DNA from: Vulcanimicrobiota bacterium
GTDB lineage: Bacteria; Vulcanimicrobiota; Vulcanimicrobiia; Vulcanimicrobiales; Vulcanimicrobiaceae
Direction: 5' to 3'
DNA: 64,000 nucleotides
NCBI GenBank assembly: GCA_963795855.1
Contig: CAWCIZ010000003.1
Span: 64,001-128,000, forward strand
The notes beneath the pieces are model-generated. The model did no database searches. It was not told the DNA's origin and was given only the letters and a program-made list of their open reading frames with translations. Each line of letters begins with the position of its first letter. Positions within the stretch are counted from its first letter, which is position 1. Shown in pieces: positions 23,301-32,720 of the stretch. The translations under genes and the position numbers were made by a program.

Positions 23301-24659
23301 CAGAGCAGCACGCCGTCTTGGACGAGAGCGTCTCGCAAGCGCCGCGCGTCGATCGAGCGCAATCTTTCGCCGGTGCGCTTCGCAAGCGCGGCAGCCGTTC
23401 CGGCGGCTTGTCCGAGCGTCATCACGGTGGGCGTCAGCCGCGTGGATGCCAGCGCTTCATGCGTCGTCGAAATGCAACGCCCCGCGACCAGAAGCCCGTC
23501 GACGCGCGCAGGCACCATGCAGCGATAGGGAATCTCGTAGACTCTCGCCTTGCGGCAGGCGATGCGTGGTAGTGCCGCTCCCGGCCGGATTGTGGATGTC
23601 GATCGGATACGCGCTGCGCGCGACCGCATCGTCGAAGTGGCGCCCCTTCAAAACGTCGTCGCGCGTGAGCGTGTATTCGCCGACGATGCGCCGGGATTCG
23701 CGCACGCCGATTTGCGTGCCCGTCGCTGCGATGCGCGCGTTTTCGAAGCCCGGCACGCGATTGCGAAAGAATTCGAGCAGTTCCATCACCTGTCCGCGCG
23801 ACTCCACTTCGGCGCGCGTCAGATCGATCGGGTCGAGCGGGTCGATGTTCGTGACCCGCGTCATGTTCACGGTCACTTCGTCGGGATACGGCGAGATAAA
23901 GAACGAAACGAGTTCGCGCGGCACGCTGACCTCGCCATGCTCGAGAGCGTCGTTCCACAAATCGTACAAACCGGCGACGGCCGTCATCGCGGGTGCGAGA
24001 CGCTCGTGCGCTTTGAGCGAGGTTCGCATCTGATCGGGATGCATACGCACGTAGGTTGCGGTTTTCGAAAGATCGACGTGACTGAGGCGGAACATCAGAC
24101 TCGCCGGCTGCACGCGTCCCCGCTCGTCGCCTTGCTGCGTAGCCACGCCGGCGGACGCTGCAACGTACGCGTCCGCGGTCGAGTCGATCGTAAACGAAGC
24201 CCGATACTCGCGCTCCCCCGCGACCGTCGCAAATACCGCGCCTTCCACCGTTCCATCGGCGCCGACCAGCGCGCGCAAAAAATACGCATGCAGCAGCAGA
24301 TCGACGCCCGCTTCGCGCGTCATCTCGAACAGCAGCGCTTTGTGAATCTCGGGATCGAACGGCGTAATCGTCGCAACGTAATCCGACGAATCGTGCACGT
24401 GTCCCGGCGATCCGCCCTTGCGCTGAAGGCGTTCGACGATTTCCTGCGCGATGCCGCCGACGATTCGCTTGCTTCCGGAATGAAACGTCATCCACGGCCC
24501 CACCATTGCGGCGGTCGCGGTTCCTCCCAGGAAGCCGTAACGCTCTACCAGCAGCGTTTTTGCACCATGCCGCGCCGCGGCGATCGCGGCCGCGCATCCG
24601 GCGTTGCCGCCGCCCACCACCAGCACGTCGTACGCGCGCGCGCCATGCGATGCGATCAT
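23300..24659 (-). CDS. FAD-dependent oxidoreductase, frameshifted near 23540
   Basis: YDVLVVGGGNAG, LVERYGFLGG, IDSTADA, GVRESRRIVGEY, YPIDIH, YEIPYRCMVP, LLVAGRCIS. Confidence 0.9.
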
Positions 24660-24725
24660 GCGCCTTGGTTGTAGACGCTTGTCCGGCAGGCCTTCCGCAG
24701 GCGCCGCGAAAACGGTGCGCGGTTC

Positions 24726-25442
24726 ATGTACAGTCAATCGTCCAAGTATTACGACGCGCTCTACGGTGCACTCGGAAAAGATTACGCGGCCGAATCGAAC
24801 CGCATCGTCGAGATCGTGACCGACCGATGCCGCTCGCGCGGCAACGCGCTTCTCGACGTCGCGTGCGGGACCGGCAAACACATCGAGCACTTGCGCGATC
24901 GATTCGAATGCGAAGGGCTTGACGTGTCGCGTTCGATGATCGAAATCGCACAGGAACGCAACCCAAGCGTGCCCTTTCATTTGGGCGACATGATCGGATT
25001 CAATCTCGCCAAGCGGTTCGACGTCGTACTATGCATGTTCGGCGCGATTGCATACGCGCCCAATGCACAGCGCTTGGATCAAACGCTCCAAACCTTCGCG
25101 CGCCATCTCAAGCCGGGCGGCGTGGTGCTGGTCGAACCTTGGGTGCGGCCGGAAGACTGGCGGGACGGTGCCGTCCACGCGCTTTTCGTCGACGAGCCCG
25201 ATTTAAAAGTGGCGCGCATGAGCGTCAGCCGCCGCGACGCCAACGTCTCCGTGCTGCATTTCCACTATATGGTGGCTTCGCGCGACGGCATCCGCACGTT
25301 CACAGAGCCGCATCGCCTGACGCTGTTTACGACCGACGAGTACCGCAATGCGTTCCGCAAAGCGGGCTTGTTCGTCGAATTCGAAGAGCGCGGGTTTTCC
25401 GGCCGCGGACTGTACGTCGGCTTCTCTCGTGCCGAGTCGTAG
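24726..25442 (+). CDS. Class I SAM-dependent methyltransferase (TylM1/DesVI-like)
   Basis: KDYAAE, LLDVACGTGKH, GDM, HLKPGGVVLVEPW. Confidence 0.88.
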   Translation: MYSQSSKYYDALYGALGKDYAAESNRIVEIVTDRCRSRGNALLDVACGTGKHIEHLRDRFECEGLDVSRSMIEIAQERNPSVPFHLGDMIGFNLAKRFDVVLCMFGAIAYAPNAQRLDQTLQTFARHLKPGGVVLVEPWVRPEDWRDGAVHALFVDEPDLKVARMSVSRRDANVSVLHFHYMVASRDGIRTFTEPHRLTLFTTDEYRNAFRKAGLFVEFEERGFSGRGLYVGFSRAES

Positions 25443-25510
25443 GCACGGTAAGACTTTTGGCGCACGAAAACCAGGGAGACGCCAGGCAAAGGTAAATTTC
25501 CGGCCCTACT

Positions 25511-27004
25511 ATGCTTTCACGTGTGAAGCCGCTCGCGACAATCCTCGCAGAGGGCACCAACCAAGAGCACGGGCTGAGGCGATCGCTGGGGCCCTGGGCG
25601 CTAACCGCCATGGGCATCGGCGCGATCATCGGTACCGGCATTTTCGTGCTGACGGGTGTTGCTTCGGCGACTCGAGCCGGCCCGTCGCTCACCATCTCCT
25701 TCGTCGTCGCGGGTATCGTCAGCGCTCTCGCCGCGCTCTGCTATGCGGAAGTCTCCAGCAAGATTCCGATTTCCGGCAGCGCGTACACGTATACGTACGC
25801 GACGCTCGGTGAATTTTTCGCATGGATTGTCGGATGGGGCCTCGTGCTCGAATACGCGCTCGGTGCCTCGACCGTAAGCGTTGGGTGGTCCGGGTACTTC
25901 ACGAACATTCTTCAGACGCTCTTTCACGTGACGATTCCGCAGATGTGGCAGCACAGCCACTGGGATGCAACGCCCGGCATCGCAAATCTCCCCGCCGCGG
26001 GCATCATCTTACTCGTTACGGCCTTGCTGGTGAAGGGCACGCGTGAGTCCGGAACGGTGAACGCCGTCATCGTCGCGATCAAAGTTGCGATCGTGCTGTT
26101 CTTCATCGTGATCGGCGTGCAGCACCTGAACTTCGCGAATTATCACCTGCCGCCCGGACCCACGACCGGCCTTGGCGGATACTTCCCGTTCGGCTGGGGA
26201 GGCACGCTCGGCGGTGCGGCCTTCATGTTCTTCGCCTATATCGGCTTCGATGCGGTTTCGACGACGGCCGAAGAGGCGCGGAATCCCGGCAAAGACTTGC
26301 CGTTCGGCATCCTCATGAGCTTGGCGATCTGCACGGTGTTGTACCTCGTCGTCGCCGCCATTCTGGACGCGATGGTGCCGTTCAACCAATTGAACGTCGC
26401 GTTCCCGGTCGCATTCGCCGTAAACAGCGTGGGACTTCAGTGGGCGGGAATCATCATCTCGTTCGGCGCGATCGCCGGTCTGACGACCGTACTGCTGGTT
26501 ATGATGTACGGGCAGACGCGCATTTTCTATGCGATGTCGCGCGACAAACTGATTCCGCCGATGTTCGTGCGGATTCACCCCGCATGGCGGACACCGTGGG
26601 TTTCGCAGATCGTGTTCGGCCTGCTCATTGCCGCGGCCGGTGCGTTCTTCCCGATCGGGATTCTCGGATCGCTCACGAACATGGGAACCTTCGTCGCATT
26701 CATCCTGGTCGCGATATCGGTGCCCATCTTGCGGGCGCGCCATCCCGAATTGACGGGAAAATTTACGATTCCCGGAGGTCCGCTCTTGATTCCGGTGCTG
26801 GCGGCGGCCTCCGCGCTGATCATGATCTATTTCCTGAAGGAAGGCAATCCGGTCTTGTGGGGATTTTTCCCGCTCGTTTGGTTCGCGTTTCTCGTCTGGC
26901 TCGTGACGGGCCTCATCTTCTACTTCTGTTACGGCAGACGGAAGAGCACCGTCGCGCTGCAGATGTCGGAAGGCTTGGCGCCCGTGCAGCCGCGCGTGAA
27001 CTAA
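25511..27004 (+). CDS. APC-family amino acid permease
   Basis: GIGAIIGTGIF, ALCYAE, GSAYTY, FFAYIGFD, AEEARNP. Confidence 0.95.
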   Translation: MLSRVKPLATILAEGTNQEHGLRRSLGPWALTAMGIGAIIGTGIFVLTGVASATRAGPSLTISFVVAGIVSALAALCYAEVSSKIPISGSAYTYTYATLGEFFAWIVGWGLVLEYALGASTVSVGWSGYFTNILQTLFHVTIPQMWQHSHWDATPGIANLPAAGIILLVTALLVKGTRESGTVNAVIVAIKVAIVLFFIVIGVQHLNFANYHLPPGPTTGLGGYFPFGWGGTLGGAAFMFFAYIGFDAVSTTAEEARNPGKDLPFGILMSLAICTVLYLVVAAILDAMVPFNQLNVAFPVAFAVNSVGLQWAGIIISFGAIAGLTTVLLVMMYGQTRIFYAMSRDKLIPPMFVRIHPAWRTPWVSQIVFGLLIAAAGAFFPIGILGSLTNMGTFVAFILVAISVPILRARHPELTGKFTIPGGPLLIPVLAAASALIMIYFLKEGNPVLWGFFPLVWFAFLVWLVTGLIFYFCYGRRKSTVALQMSEGLAPVQPRVN

Positions 27005-27020
27005 GTCAACGAAACAATCG

Positions 27021-27050
27021 AAAAGGCCGCGAGCGTTCGCGGCCTTTTTT
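27021..27050. terminator. Probable bidirectional intrinsic terminator
   Basis: AAAAGGCCGCGA-GCGT-TCGCGGCCTTTTTT between convergent genes. Confidence 0.88.
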
Positions 27051-27415
27051 TACGACTTTCCGATGCGCCGATTCAGTTCGGCCGCGAAGACGTCGGGATC
27101 CTGATCGCGATCGAGTTGCACGATGACGGATTTGTACCATTCGTGCTGCGTTTCGAGCACCAAACAATTGTGCCCGTCCGCGTAATCCAAAAAAGCCATA
27201 CCGCCCGGCATGAAGTACGTTCCGGCCATTTTGAGCCCGGGCGCGTCGGTCCCCGCGACCTTGCGCCAAAAGTGCTTCCAGGCGCTTTCGTCCTCGACGT
27301 GCGCGAGCGTAACGTGTGCGAGCGGAATGGTGAGCGACCCGTGCAAAGACCACACCTTGTCCATAGTGGACAGCCGCACTTGAACGTTGTTGTTCTCAAT
27401 CGCAATGCGTGCCAT
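27050..27415 (-). CDS. Hypothetical protein (possible bacterial PH-like domain)
   Basis: 121-aa ORF with SLHGSLTIPL..V and GTDAPG..AGTY motifs. Confidence 0.7.
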   Translation of the reverse strand: MARIAIENNNVQVRLSTMDKVWSLHGSLTIPLAHVTLAHVEDESAWKHFWRKVAGTDAPGLKMAGTYFMPGGMAFLDYADGHNCLVLETQHEWYKSVIVQLDRDQDPDVFAAELNRRIGKS

Positions 27416-27445
27416 GCACTCTTCTACTCGGCGAATCGCCCGGAG

Positions 27446-29599
27446 TTACGCTGGACGGGAGGCGGTCAGAATGACGACCGGCGCGTCGGGGCTGCGTCCG
27501 GCCAATTCTTCTTCGGCGAGCGCGGCTGCCTGTTCCGCGGAAGCCAGACCGCTGAAATCCGCAATCCGCGCGCCGTGCAGTACGTAAATATCAGGCAGCG
27601 CGCGTCCGACGTCGCCGAACGCAGTTGCCGCTTCCACGGCGCCGCGCAAATCATCCAAGGCGGAAGCAGCGCGCGTTTGCCGCACGAATGCCCCGCGCAA
27701 TGCCAGTCGCCCGACGCCCGTGCGATCGAGCACGCGCAAGTCGCGAACCATGCGAGCTCGGCCGAAACGGGGACGCACCGTTCGAACGCGCTCGAACACC
27801 GTTAATCCATCCGTTGCAGCAACGCGCGCGATCTGCGCGGCATCTGAGCGCAGCAGCGCGGCTGCGGCGGCGAGCAGCGCAGCACCATCGGCGATACGGT
27901 GCGCGGCGCTTTCCGCAAGTTCGCTCGCACCCGAGGCGGTCGCGCGCACGATGTTGCGCTGCGTGTCGATCTCGACCGCAACCTCCACCCGCTCGGGCGA
28001 AGCGCCGGCCGCAACGACCGCATCTTGCGCCTCCCTGCGAATGCGCACGATGTCGTCGGGCGACGGATCGACGATCGTCCGCTCCACGGACTCGCGCACG
28101 AGGGCGAGCGCGACGCCGATCGGCGAAATCACTTCCGCATCGCGCGCCAGACGAAACTCCACGCCGCTGCGCTCGGCAACGAACGGGACGAGCGCTGCCG
28201 CACCGCCGCCGCCGCCGACCACGACCAGCGTTTCGCGATCGAGCTCGTAATCCGCGATGAGTTCCTCGACTGCGGCGATGACTTTCAAGGACGCAATGTC
28301 GAGCAAGTCGCGTGCAAGGCGCTCCGGATCGCCGCTCAAATGCCGCGCGAGCACTTCGAAGCCGCGTCGCGCTGCCTGCGCGTTGCCGCGCGCGAATGCG
28401 TGTTCCGGCACGTAACCCAGCAGGTTCGACGCGCACGTCGGCGTGAGCGCGATCCGCGTACCGTCGCGAGCGAGGATCGCTGCGTAATCCTGCGGATCGT
28501 GAGCCGTCGGGCGAACGTGCTCGACGCTCGCGCCCTCGAAGACTTCGGGCTCGACGAAACTCGCGTACTTCATGCCGGCGATGTGAGCCGATCGCGGGCC
28601 GACGTCGACGATGTTGCGGTCGTTTATGCGGATCATGCTGCCGCCCGCAATCCCGAGCGTTCGCACGTCGAGCGTTCGCAGCATCGTTCGATGTCCGCCG
28701 ACCCGAGCCGGCCGCATCTGCGGCATGCCGGCGCGAATAGCGGAACAATCCGCGCTGGTGCCGCCGACCTCGATGAAGATCCCGTCGGTGACGTTCTCGT
28801 GCAGCAAGGCGCCGGCGACGCCGGCTGCCGGGCCGGAAAGCAACGTTAGAATCGGCCGCCGCTCCATTTCGCGAACGTCCATCACGCCGCCGTCGCTGCG
28901 CATAACCATGAGCGGCGCGGAGATCGCCGCGCGTTTCACCGCATCGCCGGTCATGCGCGCGGTGCGCACCATTTTCGGAAGAATTGCGGCGTTGAGCGCC
29001 GCCGTTCGCGTTCGCGCACGCAAACCGTACATCGAACTGACCTCGTGTCCCGCGGTCGCGAAGAGCCCGAGTTCGCGCGCCGTTGCCGCGACCGCCGTTT
29101 CGCCATCCGGACGATCCACTGAAAACGCTTGCGATACCGCAATTGCTTGCGCGCCCGCGCCGCGAAGACGTTCCAGCGCTTCGTGCGCTGCATCGGGGCT
29201 GTGGGCGAAGGCGAATTGCGCTTCGAAGGGTACGCCGGGCGCAAGCTGCAAACGCGGAAAGCGCATCTGAAAGCGCGCGAGGCGTCCCAAACCGTTCAGC
29301 AGGCCCAACACGCCGACGTTTGCGACATCGCCTTCGAGCAATGCATTCGTCGCCTGAGTGGTCGAATGCGCGATGAACGCGACGTCCTCCGCGGCGACGC
29401 CGCTCTTCTCGAAGATCGCCTCGATGCCGCCGATAATGCCTGCCGCAACGCCTTCCGGCGCCGTATGCGTGGTCGGAACCTTCACACGCGCAACCACTTC
29501 GCGTGACTCCGCGTCGATGGCGACGACGTCGGTAAACGTTCCGCCGACGTCGATTCCCAAACGGAGCCGGCGAATGGCTTGGCGCCGGTTAGGCGACAT
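27446..29599 (-). CDS. Hydantoinase/oxoprolinase A-family protein
   Basis: GIDVGGTFTD, KVPTT, HSTTQATNALLEG, MRSDGG, LSGPAAG, EVGGTSAD. Confidence 0.92.
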   Translation of the reverse strand: MSPNRRQAIRRLRLGIDVGGTFTDVVAIDAESREVVARVKVPTTHTAPEGVAAGIIGGIEAIFEKSGVAAEDVAFIAHSTTQATNALLEGDVANVGVLGLLNGLGRLARFQMRFPRLQLAPGVPFEAQFAFAHSPDAAHEALERLRGAGAQAIAVSQAFSVDRPDGETAVAATARELGLFATAGHEVSSMYGLRARTRTAALNAAILPKMVRTARMTGDAVKRAAISAPLMVMRSDGGVMDVREMERRPILTLLSGPAAGVAGALLHENVTDGIFIEVGGTSADCSAIRAGMPQMRPARVGGHRTMLRTLDVRTLGIAGGSMIRINDRNIVDVGPRSAHIAGMKYASFVEPEVFEGASVEHVRPTAHDPQDYAAILARDGTRIALTPTCASNLLGYVPEHAFARGNAQAARRGFEVLARHLSGDPERLARDLLDIASLKVIAAVEELIADYELDRETLVVVGGGGGAAALVPFVAERSGVEFRLARDAEVISPIGVALALVRESVERTIVDPSPDDIVRIRREAQDAVVAAGASPERVEVAVEIDTQRNIVRATASGASELAESAAHRIADGAALLAAAAALLRSDAAQIARVAATDGLTVFERVRTVRPRFGRARMVRDLRVLDRTGVGRLALRGAFVRQTRAASALDDLRGAVEAATAFGDVGRALPDIYVLHGARIADFSGLASAEQAAALAEEELAGRSPDAPVVILTASRPA

Positions 29600-30311
29600 T
29601 TGCGGCGAGCACGTGCACGTTCATCGCCATCTCGACGATGCCGCCGCGCTGAAATCTATCGAAGATTTCCGGGATCTCCTTGCGCAATGCCCGCGCGGCC
29701 TCACCCTCTCGCGGCAAGTACGACGAAGAATCGACGCGCCCGGCGACGCCTTCGAGCGTCAGACGCTGTTTGAACGGCACGACTGCGCGGCGCAGCGCAG
29801 TGCCGCCGAGTGCGGCGAATACGTCGAGCGTGCGCATGCGCAGCGCTTCGGTATCGTCGGTCGCGTAGCGGCGAACGATAGCGGCATACGCGGCTGAAAA
29901 CGGCTGCGTTTCGTCGCGCTCGTATTGCAGCAGTGCGACGCGGCGGCGCGCGACTCGTGCAAATTCCAAAAACGCACCCGCCGGATCGAACCAGTGAAAC
30001 GCTTGAAACGCGGCTGCGACGTCCACGCTATCGTCGGGCAGCGGCAATGCCTCCGCGGTGCCGTCTTCCCACCGCACGTTCGGCCGCGGCTCCGCCTGTG
30101 CGCGCATCGCTGCATTCGGTTCGACCGCAACGACCTCGGCAACGCGTTCCGCAAGCAGATTCGCCGAGATGCCGGTTCCGGCGCCGACGTCCGCGGCGAT
30201 CAGCCGATCTTCCGGCCCGAGTCCGCGCAGCAGCGCGTCGATTGCGGCGCGGGGATACGTCGGGCGGTGCGCGGCATACGCCTGCGCGCGATCAGAGAAG
30301 CGGGAGCTCAT
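29589..30311 (-). CDS. Class I SAM-dependent methyltransferase
   Basis: RFSDRA..Y..HRPTYP, ADVGAGTGIS, VEPNAAM, QAFHWFD. Confidence 0.9.
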   Translation of the reverse strand: MSSRFSDRAQAYAAHRPTYPRAAIDALLRGLGPEDRLIAADVGAGTGISANLLAERVAEVVAVEPNAAMRAQAEPRPNVRWEDGTAEALPLPDDSVDVAAAFQAFHWFDPAGAFLEFARVARRRVALLQYERDETQPFSAAYAAIVRRYATDDTEALRMRTLDVFAALGGTALRRAVVPFKQRLTLEGVAGRVDSSSYLPREGEAARALRKEIPEIFDRFQRGGIVEMAMNVHVLAANVA

Positions 30312-30723
30312 CGTACAGCGCACACATCGTCTTTATGCTGCGCCTCGATTGCCGCCAAGTGCATCAACACCTGGCCTTTGTCGTCCACGCTGCCGCGCCC
30401 ATAGAGGTTGCCGTCACGAACGGTCGCTTCAAAGGGCGGCGAATGCCACAGCTCGATCGCGTCGGCCGGTTGAACGTCGTAATGTCCGTAGATGACGATC
30501 GTGGCTTTGCCCGGCGCGCCGAGCCACTCGCCGTATGCGAGCGGATTGCCGTTGGTCTCGAGCGCATACGCCCAACCAAACGCTCGCAGCAGCGGCGCAC
30601 GTCGGCGGGATGCTTCGGATCCGCCGAGATCGACGGAATTGCCACCCACGATTTCAATTCGTCGAGGTACTGCGTTTCGTGCTCCGTGCAATAGCTCGCG
30701 AGCGTATCGTCGATGACGGTCAT
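30292..30723 (-). pseudogene. M20-family dipeptidase with a large internal deletion
   Basis: N-terminal IPSISAD, YGHYDVQP, GRGSVDDKGQ joined out of frame to a C-terminus-like IKTMCALYDELPLL*. Confidence 0.75.
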
Positions 30724-32720
30724 GAAGTAAACGGTTCTCCCAGTCGGACGTTCAGCGTGCCGCTGCCGCGCTGCAATTCGAAAGTGTGCGGTTTTCCGTC
30801 GTAGGCGCGCGCTTGCGTTTGATACGTGCCGTATTCCCACCAAAACGCGCCGTCGAGTTTGTTGACGATATCGTTGGTGCGCATTCCGGCCGCGTATGCC
30901 GGTCCGCCTGCCCGAACGTACGCGCGCATGTTGCCGTCGACGGTTTTGAAGAGCGAGTAATAATACGAAGGCGGATCGCCCGCGGCATACGCCAACCCCT
31001 GCGTCAGCAGGTGCTTCCATCGCTCGCCGTTCTTCGCGCCCCAATCGCGCATCCGCTGCGCGCCTTGGCGCGCGAGCGAGCGAACGTCGTCGTCGGTGGG
31101 GCGCCGCAGCACCGCGTGGTCGTGCCACTCGTTTACCACCCAGCCGCCGCAGTCGAAAAGCCGCACGCCGACGTCCACGTCCGTTCCCTCGAGCAGCGTA
31201 AAACGCGTCGAGAGCACTTCGACGTACGCGGCGTACGGTTTACCGGTGCAATCGGATGCGTTCGGATCGTCTTGTCGCAGGAACGTGCGCATATCGGAGC
31301 TGCTCAACGCGCTCGCTACCGCGCCTGCCCCAACCGCTGCGTCCGCGCTGCCGTCACTTCCGACGGCGATGCGCCCGGAAGCGCGCGCGCTCGCGAACAT
31401 CCCGTCCGGCGGCAATTCCGACGCGCTTGCGACGGCGATCGGAGACGTAAACGGGCGCACCCCGAAAAAGGCTTGGCACCCCACCGCGACCGCAATGCAT
31501 CCCGCTATCGCCACCGCAGTTTGATAGGGAAGCGTGCGCCGAGTGATTTCATCGATGTGCACGCCGGTAAAGTTCGCCACCCACACGTTCGCAGTGTTGG
31601 TCGGATCGCACACGTTCTGCACTTGCACGACCGCCATGATTGCGGCGACCAGCACGACGGCGGGCAGCGCGTGCGCGGAAAGCAACACGGTAAAAATTGC
31701 AATCCCTACGCCGAACGGGTTGAGCGGGCCGCGATAGAGCGCCAGCGGGCTGAGCAGTCCGAAGATCGCGATGAACACCAGCGGATTGTGAAGAGCCTGC
31801 GTGGCGGCCAGCGGATGCATCGCCGCCACGAAGGCCGGTTCTTTGGTCGCCGTGAACAGCATGCCGATTCCGATGAACAGCACGACGGCAGGCGCGACGT
31901 CTTCAACGCCTTTGATCGCCGCTGCAACAAGCGTGGGAATCGCGCGCGAAGGCCGCGTCGTTACCGCGCCGTACACCGCCGAAACGGCAAACGACAGCAC
32001 CGGATCCCAGTGCAGCGTGTAAAACAACACGATTGGCAGCACGGGCGTTATCAGCGCAAACCACGGAACGTTCCGTTCCGCCGGTCGATCCGCGCGCACG
32101 GCCCACGTCGCATAAGCGCGCGAGCGGCTGAACGAGACGGCCGCGTAGACGATTAATGCAATGAGATCAACCGCCGCCAGCACGAGCGCGTAGCCGTACA
32201 TCTGCTGCTGGCTGACGCCGAACAGTTGAATGTAAAATTTCCAGTTGACGAGATTGAAAATGAATCCGAGCGCGAACGCCATGAGAAACAGCGTGGCGGC
32301 GATCTTACGCGGCACGCCGGTCGTCATCATGATCGGCAGAACAATCGAGCCCACCATAATGATCGCGCCCAGGCCGTTGAGGGAGACGAACAGCACGGCA
32401 ACAACCGCGCACAGCAGCAGCGCGAGCACCATCGGTTGCTCGCCGCCGAACTCCGCGGCAAAGTTCACGATGCTCTTGGCGATGCCCGTATCCAGCGTGA
32501 CGCGCCCGAGCATCGCACCCAGGATAACCGTGACGTAGACCCCGGCAAGCGCCGACGCACCTTTCACGACGATATCGCCGACGCCCGCGGCCGGCACGCC
32601 GGCGACGAACGCCATGACGATTGCCATCGCCGGGACGGCAAGCAACGCGGGCATGGTGCGCGTGTACATCAGCGACGCGAAAATCAGGAAGACCGCGAGA
32701 ATCGCGATCGGCAGAATCAC
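30720..32720 (-). CDS. GntP/citrate-type membrane transporter fused to a soluble region with a PDZ-like domain
   Basis: About 420-aa polytopic region (LYRGPLN, CDPTNT), then VRAGGPAYAAGMRTNDIVNKLDG. Confidence 0.75.
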   Translation of the reverse strand: MILPIAILAVFLIFASLMYTRTMPALLAVPAMAIVMAFVAGVPAAGVGDIVVKGASALAGVYVTVILGAMLGRVTLDTGIAKSIVNFAAEFGGEQPMVLALLLCAVVAVLFVSLNGLGAIIMVGSIVLPIMMTTGVPRKIAATLFLMAFALGFIFNLVNWKFYIQLFGVSQQQMYGYALVLAAVDLIALIVYAAVSFSRSRAYATWAVRADRPAERNVPWFALITPVLPIVLFYTLHWDPVLSFAVSAVYGAVTTRPSRAIPTLVAAAIKGVEDVAPAVVLFIGIGMLFTATKEPAFVAAMHPLAATQALHNPLVFIAIFGLLSPLALYRGPLNPFGVGIAIFTVLLSAHALPAVVLVAAIMAVVQVQNVCDPTNTANVWVANFTGVHIDEITRRTLPYQTAVAIAGCIAVAVGCQAFFGVRPFTSPIAVASASELPPDGMFASARASGRIAVGSDGSADAAVGAGAVASALSSSDMRTFLRQDDPNASDCTGKPYAAYVEVLSTRFTLLEGTDVDVGVRLFDCGGWVVNEWHDHAVLRRPTDDDVRSLARQGAQRMRDWGAKNGERWKHLLTQGLAYAAGDPPSYYYSLFKTVDGNMRAYVRAGGPAYAAGMRTNDIVNKLDGAFWWEYGTYQTQARAYDGKPHTFELQRGSGTLNVRLGEPFTS

